This document shows positions 57,401 through 64,000 of a DNA stretch of 64,000 nucleotides, piece after piece. The position numbers and the translations under genes are program-made. The notes beneath the pieces are model-generated. The model saw only the letters and a list, made by a program, of their open reading frames with translations, ran no database searches and was not told where the DNA came from. Each line of letters starts with the position of its first letter. Position 1 is the stretch's first letter. Origin of the DNA: Lytechinus pictus (Eukaryota); assembly GCF_037042905.1 (NCBI RefSeq), contig NC_087251.1, positions 15,192,001-15,256,000 of the forward strand, read 5' to 3'.

Positions 57401-60400
57401 TATACTAAATGAGGTATAGCATGTGGTGAGTGGACGAGTTGGCAATGGACGAATAGACAATTTATACCCATATGACATGGCAGAGGACTGTTCCATAAAG
57501 CTGTTTGTAAAGTTGTGATTTACTTTACAAATAACTGGGATATGTTTCTGCATCAGCTAATATACAAATAGCGAATAGGCATGAGTGCGATGGTGCGAGA
57601 TTTCGCATGAGGTGAAAGAAAGATGCTCTATTCAACGAGGCGTTAGCCGAGTTGAATAGAGTGTTTCTTTCTTTCACCGAATGCGAAATCTCGCACCATT
57701 GCACGAATAAGAATATTCGCTATTTGTGTTGTACAACGCCTTGGAATTTACCGAAAATATGAAAAAACAAAGAGTTTATCCCTATAGTAATCTATGAAAA
57801 GGGAGCAAAATTACCGAAAGCAGAAAGCAAAATCCCACAAGCGCACACGACCTTGGGCAGCCTTGCGCATTTAGCCAGCAGGCTTATTCGCGTATTGTTC
57901 ATTTTTACTGAGCGCAATGAATTAAATCGTATTGTGACGTCACCTCCTAAAGCCGTGCAACGGTACATTTTGGATGGTACGTCTTTTGTGCAACGGTACG
58001 AATGTTTGACATTCAGCCTCCCATTTGCTCGCGTACAACAAGCTAAGTAGGCGTTGTACAATATTTGGTAAGGGTTATATATACATGTAGGACATTCAGT
58101 CTCACTTTACACCAAGGAAATTTCGGGGTTCTCATTTACTGTCGCAAAAGAATATCAACCAGTTTGTAAAATCATGCTTTAATTTTACCAGCAATTTTCA
58201 GAAGCAGAGTAAGAGAGAGGGGGGGGGGGGGGAGTGCAGAGTCTTCATTTAGTGATGTTGATATTTGATATTCATGTTTGATTCATGTATATGTCTTTTT
58301 GCTTGTTACACTAAATCAGAGTTCTTGAGGTTCAAGAGTTCTTTGGTATGAAGTGTAAAAATGTTCTAATTTCTTCAGTCTTGAAATAGTGATAACTCGC
58401 CAGCTTGTGATTGGTATACTTGCAATTTTTCTTCTAACTTCAATCTAATTTGGGATATTGTGTTCACGGATATATTTTTGTGAATATTCTAATGTGTAAT
58501 CCAAGCAGAACAAATGTGCAGTTATGGTTCGTCTAGCTACATCTGAAATGATTTTGCTGATGAAATTAGATGTTATAACTGATATCATGCAAAGGAGTAA
58601 TTCCAAAAGTTACCTATGTTCAACTTCCTACTGTATATGAGGTACCTTCTTGAAGTGATTTGTCTCTGTTTTCTACTTCATATGAAAGGATATAATACTA
58701 TAAAAAAATCATGGTTCAAGCAGTTCATGAAGTGAAGAAAGAAAAATGTGACCCTAATCTGCTATTTTTAGCAGAAGTTTCATTTAAGCCTTATGATATT
58801 CAAAAATTATACAGCCTTTTACAAGTGATCTGCATCATCTGTAATTCAGCTTATGAATTCATATCAATTTATCTATTAGAATCATTTATGAAAACCAAGC
58901 CATGGCAAAGATTTTAACATCCCTCTTTTATTATAAACCAGTGCATTGTAGTAGAACTGATGTAAATATCTCTTTGAATTAAACCATTTCTAAATTTGAA
59001 ATTCATAAAGTGAAGATACATTGTACAAAAGCATGTCAAATTTTCCCTTGCTAATTTAGATGTTTTATTTCACTGTATGTTCTGCTATTAATAAAATTAA
59101 TGTTGATGGAGTAGTAACAATTTGTGTTATATAGGAGAAGGTTTAACTGATAATTACTAACTTTCATGTGTTCTGCATAATCAATTAAAATTAATCTGTG
59201 TGTAACATTTTGCTACCCAAGGTTAGCTTAACTTTACTAATAACAGGTTGGATATCTCCCTGATTAATGCAGAACATTTTTTGTAAAACACATCTTTCTT
59301 GCAATTTTGCTAAGTGTTATTACCCTTCCAGAGTACATAATTTTTCACATTGCAATGCAAAACAGTTTCATACTGCACTTTACAAAGTCATATCAATGAT
59401 ATTACATGATCTATTTCATTGTTCATTATTGAAGTAAGTTACCTCTTTGGAAACATAACACAAATATCTGCAATATTGCATTAATCCAGAAATATATTGT
59501 ACACATACTTTCATCACCATGTATGCACTCAATATTTTTCAGTAATATTTTGCTCATGTTTATTAATTCCTTTTCTATTTATTTATGTATTTATTTATTT
59601 ATTCAATTATTTATTTTATTTATTTATTTATTTATTTATTAATTATATTTATTTGTGTATAGTATACATTTATTCATTTATATACATGTATCTAAACATA
59701 ATTCATCAGGATTGCAAGATTGGTAAATAGAAACTTGTCTACATTATTGTCTTTCACTTTGATTTAACTTAAGACTCAATTCTATTCCACCAGAACTGCC
59801 TGCCCCTATCTGCTGCCTGGTTCCGAGGGGACAGCCACAACCCAACCCCTCAATGTCCGTCCAGGGTTGAGGTCCAGGATATGCATACCAATACCTGGGC
59901 CAGGGCTCCACTACAGACCATGAATGTAGAGACTAAGAAGGTCTCTGACAACAACGGCTGGCTGGTGTCATGTCCAGAACCAGGTAGATATCATGTACAT
60001 GGACATACACATACATATTTCATGAATAAAAGTGGTCCTGATATTAAGCCCTGTGGCACCCTGCATGATATAACTTACATGTATGCAGAGGATATAAAGA
60101 TTGATTTATTAGTGTTTGACACAATTAGGTGGTGAATTTGTATTAAGTATAACTGTTCTAAATAAGCAGGTGGTTTTTATGGAAATGTTTCTTTTTGTGT
60201 GCTCCAATGTTGACCGAACACTGAAAGTATCCTTGATGGCCCGAATACACAATATAGGTTGAATCCACAATTTTACAAATACTTTTTATTTTGCACATTA
60301 GGGTTAATGTTTTCATTTTGTATTCAACATCACCTTTTCCTTTATTTTTTTCTTCTTGATACAGTATCTTGGCTAGGTGTCCATATACCTGAAGAAAACC

Positions 60401-63400
60401 GTAGTATGGATATTTTAGAACTGGTGGAGCATGAGGACCTTCTCAAGTAAGTTAACCCCTCTTCTACCGGGGCCCTGTATTATAAATAAAAAATTGTCAT
60501 GATTACTTTGTCGTTTATGGTAACTACCATAAAAACATTTTTTTTAATTGGCCTCCGAGTCACATTATCATGGTAGGCGTCATAATGGTTAAGTAACCAT
60601 AATCATAAGTTCTTTTCAGACTCTGCACTGGACATAGCCACTACCCTATTTCCTAAAACTCTCAATCACAAAGATCATCAACAAAATAGAATGCTAAGTT
60701 AAATTTCACTCAACCAGCAAAACTGCTCCATGCATTAATATAGCAGATGGTTGTAAACTGCCAATGATTGCAAGTTTTTTAAAGCAAATATCCTGTATTA
60801 ATGCAAGTAAATTGGCACGAAGTTTTTTCATCCATAATAAGTGAAGGAAAAGGGAATCTTTGATCATTTTCACTTTTAGATTCTCTAATTAAAAAAATAT
60901 TTGCATTATTGCAAGGTTTGTTTCAGCTAATTACATGTATATGTAATACTAGAGTTTTTGTTTCTTATTGTGTTGTTATGATAAAGAAACTTGTTTTAAT
61001 GTATCAAAGCACTTTACATACTATTATTAATTCATATCATCAGTAGTTTCTCTTTTTCAAAATCTTAACTCCACAGTTATACATGTCTTTTTAATACAGG
61101 TTCCATGCACATACATTGAGGTTATACTGCAGCGTTTGTTCCCATGGTAACCACCATGTCGCCCATGCCTTGATCAACCATGTTAATGAAGACCAGCTCA
61201 TGTATTGTTTACAGTGCCCATGTAAGTTGTTCAATATGTCTGGAAGTGAGTTGATTTGTTGTCAATTCACTTAGTGATACACGCTGCCCAACTTTGGCAT
61301 AAGGAAGCAAGGGGCACAGTCAAATTTGAGTTATTTTTTCTGAAACACCCTTTGTACAGTTTGTTGCACGTTCAGGCAAAATTTCGGGAAGAAATTATCG
61401 TTCTATGGAAAGATATTGAAGAAAATATGCTGTTAAATTGCAGTGATGCCCATGGAAATGACGAAGACACATTGCTCATTTACAACAAATTATACTTTTT
61501 TTATCTTCCTTTTGCCAAAGTGGCCAAAGTCCTTAGCCTCCTTTTGCCAAAGTACGGCAGCACTATATGTGATGTTTTAAGGGACACTGTAGTAATTCTC
61601 TTGCGTTGTGGAGCACTGGGAAATTTCAAGTTCGATGTTGATCTTTTGGTGTTGGGTTTGGCCAATTTATACAGAAAGACATTTCCCAATCTGAAGTGGA
61701 ACTGGTCCTGAGATAAATCTCACATTTAGGTGTTGAGCTGTCAGTGATGTAATTTTGATAATTTTTGTTGATTCACATAAGATGTTTGAACTAGGGAAGG
61801 CAATAAAAATTGTGCTTCCAACACCAGCACCATCATCTACATGTAACATGAAGTCACTCAGTGTCATGAAGAGTAAATAGTGTGAACTAACATTCCAAAG
61901 CCAGCATTTAGCACCACATAAATACAGTAGAGCTTCAATGTCTCTACATTCTTTGTTTTTCGCATTAAAAGTTGAACACAAATAGTACAGGTAATAATGG
62001 AAATTTACTGGCAATTTGGAATCACAGCAATTGTCTCTTTCTTCTGGAAAGACATGAAAAAACATTTATTTAAGATGTATTATTAAATTGACCAAGTCAT
62101 TTTAGTTATGTGAGTATATTTTGTGCATCTCTGATCTCATGAATTCACCTGCAAAAAGCACATCCATTTCAACTGTATTTGGTGAAGAATGGGTGACTTT
62201 GCTGTGACTTGATGAATGGTTTGTTATTGAATCTAATTTTCTTGTCTATTAATATATTTCCTTTCTTAGATATTTCTGGTCCTTTGCGGATAGGTTACTA
62301 CAAATTGCTGCATGCCCTTCATCTCCAAACCCATTTCAGTGCTAGGTAAGATTGAAAATCCTTTTTTGGGCAGTTTTACAAAAGTGTCGCACCTCTTAGA
62401 AGCCTGAAAATACCTGGGGCTTGGGCAACTTGATCACAAACTGTAAGGAGAAAGTTGTTTGACAGCTACCTTAAAAAGGGTTCAATTCAAAATACAATTT
62501 GGTATGAAAAGGTGTAGAAAAAGTTGTTTTTCTCGTAGGCTGTCAATTGCGTATATCTCATAAAAAACAATGTTAATCCTATAATGCTTGGTGATTTTGG
62601 TCGTCCGATAAGTAAGAGTCGGTTGACTCACACAATATTGTTTTCATTTAAGTGTAAAAATATGTGCCAAAAGTGATGTGGTGTCTCGATACACCTCAGC
62701 TCTCATGCAAGTCATAATATGACACTTGCATTTGCATTATTATTTTATATTTCTTGATGAGTACATGTTTAATCTATGTACAGATGTATCAATGTAACCT
62801 GTAATGCATTGTTTGATGTTAGAGGGGTATTTTTTTCTTATTGTTTATTTGTTCCACAATTGAACATCATTTTAAGCTTTGTGTATACGCATAAAATGCT
62901 ATTAAAGGCCAAGTCCACCCCAGGAAAATGCTGACTTGAATAAATAGAGAAAAATCAAACTAGCATAGTGCTGAAAATTTCATCAAAATCGGATTTAAAA
63001 TAACAAAGTTATTACATTGTAAAGTTTCGCTTATTTTTCACAAAACAGTGATATGCACAACTAGGTGAGTCGGTCGATGATGTCCATCACTCACTATTTC
63101 TTTTGTTTTTTATTGTTTGAATTATACAATATTTCATTTTTTATAGATTTGACAATAAGGACCAACTTGACTGAACCATATAGTATTAAACAATGCTAAT
63201 TCTACATGTTCAGGGAGGAATTAATCGTTGTATCACTTGACAATGAGGAGAAAATTAGAATATTTCATATTTAATATAATAAAATACAAAAGAAATAGTG
63301 AGTGGATGATGTCATAGTCTCCTCATTTGCATACCAGCCAGGATGTGCATATAACTGTTTTGTGAAATTAAGCGAAACTTAAGAATGTCATAACTTTCTT

Positions 63401-63761
63401 ATTTTACATCCGATTTTGATGAAATTTTCAGTGTTATGCTTGTTGGATTTTTCTCTTTTTATTCAAATCAACTTTTTGTTGGGGTGGACTTGTCCTTTAA
63501 TATTTTTCTACTTTATTTTTGCTATGGATCCGATTTTGCTATGGATGAATATATGTGATTCATTATAATCAAATGTGGTCTTTTTTCATCTGCATTCAGG
63601 TTAAAAACTCAAGATGAGTTTATCATCCCCCTAATGACTGGTCCCAAGCCTGTAGATGAAGAATTGGACATTTCTAGTTGTATGTCCATCAAACGAGCCT
63701 TGAGTACCACCAAGAGTGTCTCCATCAGACCACAACTTAATATAGGACCATCAGCAGACAG
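12362..63761 (+). CDS. RYR: Ryanodine receptor, partial multi-exon gene (39 traced exons; gene extends beyond both window ends)
   Basis: Spliced translation gives RyR hallmark motifs: [119 protein letters not shown]. All exons are GT-AG with matching phases. Confidence 0.98.
13691..13765 (+). CDS. RYR: RyR exon (MIR region)
   Basis: ttacag|...|gtaag; [25 protein letters not shown]. Confidence 0.93.
13801..14030 (+). mobile_element. tRNA-derived SINE with L2-type tail
   Basis: Head gcgtcgtggtgtagcgg; core actctccacccaggtgttaaatgggtaccc; tail aagcgctatataaatattat; related to the copies near 8343 and 56873. Confidence 0.75.
15174..15232 (+). CDS. RYR: RyR exon (MIR region)
   Basis: ccag|...|gtaagt; [20 protein letters not shown]. 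Confidence 0.93.
18361..18965 (+). mobile_element. HINE/Tsp/pearl-like non-autonomous Helentron, copy A
   Basis: 5' subTIR gtctcacctgca with adjacent IR gtgagac, (GGC)n microsatellite, 163-bp internal repeats, 3' subTIR tgcaggtgagac, short stem-loop gccagaggc, T-rich flanks. Confidence 0.8.
19071..20687. mobile_element. Probable old hAT-like non-autonomous element with nested insertions
   Basis: Ends cagggctcaaatta / taattttaagcctg; many subterminal aagggca motifs at both ends; no clean 8-bp TSD. Confidence 0.4.
22468..25737 (+). mobile_element. HINE/Tsp-like non-autonomous Helentron, copy B (about 10 internal repeats; interrupted at 22500..23870)
   Basis: Same termini as copy A; aaggtcaaaggtca marker recurs at spacings of about 192,192,163,163,192,164,163,152,153 bp from 24047. 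Confidence 0.85.
22500..23870. mobile_element. Non-autonomous Tc1/mariner-type element with long imperfect TIRs
   Basis: TA|cagtgcgt...acgcactg|TA; the empty site gtgagacTAtaggcgcc in copy A shows the TA duplication; ~280-bp inverted arms. Confidence 0.85.
25999..26096 (+). CDS. RYR: RyR exon (MIR region)
   Basis: tttag|...|gtcagt; [33 protein letters not shown]. Confidence 0.9.
26818..26937 (+). CDS. RYR: RyR exon (MIR region)
   Basis: gacag|...|gtatg; [40 protein letters not shown]. Confidence 0.93.
27661..27702 (+). CDS. RYR: RyR small exon (MIR region)
   Basis: ttccag|...|gtatgt; [14 protein letters not shown]; phase 0-0, fills the gap between flanking exons. Confidence 0.85.
28155..28276 (+). 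CDS. RYR: RyR exon (end of MIR region)
   Basis: acag|...|gtgagt; [40 protein letters not shown]. Confidence 0.94.
28952..29079 (+). CDS. RYR: RyR exon (N-terminal solenoid/RIH)
   Basis: tgcag|...|gtagg; [42 protein letters not shown]. Confidence 0.93.
29479..29543 (+). CDS. RYR: RyR exon (RIH)
   Basis: ttcag|...|gtgag; [22 protein letters not shown]. Confidence 0.95.
30048..30183 (+). CDS. RYR: RyR exon (RIH)
   Basis: ttcag|...|gtaag; [45 protein letters not shown]. Confidence 0.95.
30673..30774 (+). CDS. RYR: RyR exon (RIH)
   Basis: cgcag|...|gtcagt; [34 protein letters not shown]. Confidence 0.95.
31355..31473 (+). CDS. RYR: RyR exon (RIH)
   Basis: tgtag|...|gtaac; [40 protein letters not shown]. 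Confidence 0.96.
31880..32040 (-). mobile_element. 3' end fragment of an L2/CR1-clade LINE
   Basis: Minus strand reads [15 protein letters not shown], typical of the ORF2 C-terminus, followed by tail ggcgctatataaatgcc. Confidence 0.7.
32276..32409 (+). CDS. RYR: RyR exon (end of RIH)
   Basis: tttag|...|gtagg; [44 protein letters not shown]. Confidence 0.96.
32891..33129 (+). CDS. RYR: RyR exon (SPRY1)
   Basis: aacag|...|gttagg; MRPNVSI...KKWYFEV...FRVGWA...[18 protein letters not shown]. Confidence 0.96.
33948..34140 (+). CDS. RYR: RyR exon (SPRY1)
   Basis: tgtag|...|gtgagt; [65 protein letters not shown]. Confidence 0.95.
34541..34751 (+). CDS. RYR: RyR exon (SPRY1 end/linker)
   Basis: tgtag|...|gtaagt; [26 protein letters not shown]...[10 protein letters not shown]. 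Confidence 0.96.
35291..35395 (+). CDS. RYR: RyR exon (RY repeat 1)
   Basis: tgtag|...|gtaag; [35 protein letters not shown]. Confidence 0.96.
35853..35956 (+). CDS. RYR: RyR exon (RY repeat 1)
   Basis: ttcag|...|gtaatt; [35 protein letters not shown]. Confidence 0.94.
36215..36298 (+). CDS. RYR: RyR exon (RY repeat 1/2 linker)
   Basis: aacag|...|gtaagt; [28 protein letters not shown]. Confidence 0.93.
36350..36505 (+). pseudogene. Degenerate duplicate (pseudo-exon) of RyR exon 37366..37525 with its upstream intron flank
   Basis: Ungapped translation [36 protein letters not shown] vs [36 protein letters not shown] (17/36 identical); acceptor ttgcag is ttgcac here. Confidence 0.8.
36632..37245. 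mobile_element. Hairpin-terminated non-autonomous element 1 (family unassigned)
   Basis: ~170-bp imperfect palindrome 36635..36804; ttatatccctt next to it pairs with aagggatataa at 37234..37244; CpG-rich interior unlike host intron. Confidence 0.7.
37366..37525 (+). CDS. RYR: RyR exon (RY repeat 2)
   Basis: tgcag|...|gtagct; [53 protein letters not shown]. Confidence 0.96.
38155..38320 (+). CDS. RYR: RyR exon (RY repeat 2)
   Basis: attag|...|gtgagg; [55 protein letters not shown]. Confidence 0.94.
38913..38997 (+). CDS. RYR: RyR exon (start of SPRY2)
   Basis: tgtag|...|gtaagt; [29 protein letters not shown]. Confidence 0.94.
39487..40636 (+). mobile_element. HINE/Tsp-like non-autonomous Helentron, copy C (5 internal ~163-bp repeats)
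   Basis: gtctcgcttgca...gcgagac, (GGC)n, tandem units, tgcaggcgaaac, gccagaggc, cttgtt. Confidence 0.85.
40934..41054 (+). CDS. RYR: RyR exon (SPRY2)
   Basis: tacag|...|gtgag; [40 protein letters not shown]. Confidence 0.96.
41715..41811 (+). CDS. RYR: RyR exon (SPRY2)
   Basis: cctag|...|gtaagt; [32 protein letters not shown]. Confidence 0.95.
42280..42357 (+). CDS. RYR: RyR exon (SPRY2)
   Basis: atcag|...|gtcagt; [26 protein letters not shown]. Confidence 0.95.
42759..42817 (+). CDS. RYR: RyR exon (SPRY2)
   Basis: tacag|...|gtatgt; [20 protein letters not shown]. Confidence 0.95.
43373..43437 (+). CDS. RYR: RyR exon (SPRY2 end)
   Basis: accag|...|gtaagt; [22 protein letters not shown]. 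Confidence 0.96.
43544..43674. mobile_element. Short degenerate MITE (similar-looking remnants near 1388, 34781, 39012, 55194, 60470)
   Basis: Inverted ends gggtccaggaacacaa / ttgtgtttcttggccc with internal gattgat/atcaatc motifs. Confidence 0.5.
47095..47202 (+). CDS. RYR: RyR exon (SPRY2-SPRY3 junction)
   Basis: tacag|...|gttagt; [36 protein letters not shown]. Confidence 0.93.
47215..47700. repeat. Pyrimidine-rich low-complexity tract
   Basis: Near-continuous T/C strand; source of spurious F/L/S-rich ORFs. Confidence 0.85.
47951..48067 (+). CDS. RYR: RyR exon (SPRY3 N-terminal part)
   Basis: tgcag|...|gtaggt; [38 protein letters not shown]. Confidence 0.95.
48326..48480 (+). CDS. RYR: RyR exon (divergent region 2 insert)
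   Basis: aacag|...|gtaag; open, GC-richer than intron, phase 2-1 needed to join flanking exons; [51 protein letters not shown]. Confidence 0.85.
49790..49930 (+). CDS. RYR: RyR exon (DR2 insert; symmetric, possibly cassette)
   Basis: tacag|...|gtaatt; 141 nt phase 1-1, open; [47 protein letters not shown]; donor position less certain. Confidence 0.72.
50444..50512. repeat. (TGTT)n microsatellite
   Basis: Directly visible. Confidence 0.9.
51160..51610. repeat. Degenerate tandem repeat, 3 copies of ~148 bp
   Basis: aatataatgcaa.tcaaata.taag.aatat at 51194, 51341, 51490. Confidence 0.8.
52312..52347 (+). CDS. RYR: Candidate 36-nt cassette exon of RyR (DR2 insert)
   Basis: tttccaacatactccattcag|...aag|gtaaag; phase 1-1, open ([12 protein letters not shown]); no homology support. 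Confidence 0.45.
53781..54519 (+). CDS. RYR: RyR large exon (Ser-rich DR2 insert plus SPRY3)
   Basis: tgcag|...|gtaatc; 739 nt within ORF 53765..54523; ends [26 protein letters not shown]...[15 protein letters not shown]. Confidence 0.96.
54993..55164 (+). CDS. RYR: RyR exon (SPRY3)
   Basis: tctag|...|gtgggt; [12 protein letters not shown]...[29 protein letters not shown]. Confidence 0.95.
55278..55364 (+). CDS. RYR: RyR exon (SPRY3)
   Basis: tttag|...|gtcaga; [29 protein letters not shown]. Confidence 0.95.
56611..56670 (+). CDS. RYR: Candidate 60-nt cassette exon of RyR
   Basis: ttctcag|...cag|gtgaat; phase 0-0 matching host intron; open: [20 protein letters not shown]; two TGCATG just upstream; no homology support. 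Confidence 0.5.
56873..57089 (+). mobile_element. 5'-truncated SINE, 3' part
   Basis: ccggtaggatgcgaaag...accggggtaataatatg...aagcgctttataaa + (ATT)n, matching the SINE at 13801. Confidence 0.7.
57105..57465. mobile_element. Foldback-type element made of ~15-bp repeats in inverted arms
   Basis: Left arm repeats ttggtcta/ttcgtcca, right arm repeats tagaccaa/tggacgaa; outer pair ttgccaactcgtc / gacgagttggcaa. Confidence 0.7.
57561..58063. mobile_element. Hairpin-terminated non-autonomous element 2 (family unassigned)
   Basis: ~164-bp imperfect palindrome 57564..57727; ttgtacaacgcct (57729..57741) pairs with aggcgttgtacaa (58049..58061). Confidence 0.75.
59794..59983 (+). CDS. RYR: RyR exon (SPRY3 end)
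   Basis: accag|...|gtagat; [39 protein letters not shown]...GWLVSCPEP. Confidence 0.95.
60365..60446 (+). CDS. RYR: RyR exon (SPRY3 / junctional solenoid boundary)
   Basis: tacag|...|gtaagt; [28 protein letters not shown]. Confidence 0.96.
61100..61221 (+). CDS. RYR: RyR exon (junctional solenoid)
   Basis: tacag|...|gtaagt; [40 protein letters not shown]. Confidence 0.95.
62270..62345 (+). CDS. RYR: RyR exon (junctional solenoid)
   Basis: cttag|...|gtaag; [26 protein letters not shown]. Confidence 0.94.
62906..63496. mobile_element. Kolobok-like MITE (best-preserved copy)
   Basis: TTAA|aggccaagtccacccca ... tggggtggacttgtcct|TTAA; TTAA TSD with AG termini fits Kolobok rather than piggyBac (CCY termini). 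Confidence 0.85.
63600..63761 (+). CDS. RYR: RyR exon (junctional solenoid)
   Basis: ttcag|...|gtaag; [53 protein letters not shown]. Confidence 0.92.
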
Positions 63762-64000
63762 GTAAGAGTTGTAGACTATGTTTCTGCCTGCTACCAAAAA
63801 TATAGACCAAAATATAGAGGAGGAATATAGACATCATCCTCTCTCTTATCTCATTCCATGACAGACAGTTGTAATAATAATTTCTCTTATTCTTACTTTC
63901 TTTTTTTTATGAGTGAGCATGTACTTGTACGTGTATTTCAGTACAGCAGTGATATGATGTATGAAACCACAGTAGAGGGTTTTTTTTTCTTAGTGGTAGT

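Noticed and set aside
61256..62065. 151-aa plus-strand and 132-aa minus-strand ORFs in an intron
   Set aside because: No recognisable domain in the frames examined and no exon structure; possibly a decayed transposon, but unsupported.

Overview
Eukaryotic, AT-rich, intron-rich DNA; the repeat landscape suggests an invertebrate deuterostome, most likely a sea urchin (inference). The window lies inside one + strand ryanodine receptor (RyR) gene; no start or stop codon is present. I traced 39 phase-consistent GT-AG exons from 12362 to 63761 (about 5.2 kb CDS, ~1740 aa). They cover the N-terminal MIR/RIH region, SPRY1, RY repeats 1-2, SPRY2, SPRY3 with a long Ser-rich DR2-type insert, and the start of the junctional solenoid. 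Introns hold HINE/Tsp-like non-autonomous Helentrons with 163/192-bp arrays, a nested Tc1/mariner-type element, Kolobok-like MITEs, tRNA-derived SINEs, an L2/CR1 3' end, a foldback element and a ~1 kb (TAC)n tract. Best leads: (1) two non-homologous elements sharing a long hairpin with a tandem GA/GA mismatch plus an asymmetric inverted repeat; (2) in-frame candidate cassette exons, including a 60-nt exon adding an RRSSS motif behind two UGCAUG sites; (3) a dead duplicate of an RyR exon; (4) a strong excess of TACATGTA; (5) nuclear-receptor DR1/IR1 arrays carried by Helentron repeats; (6) three exon-like segments antisense in one intron. All coordinates were read by eye.
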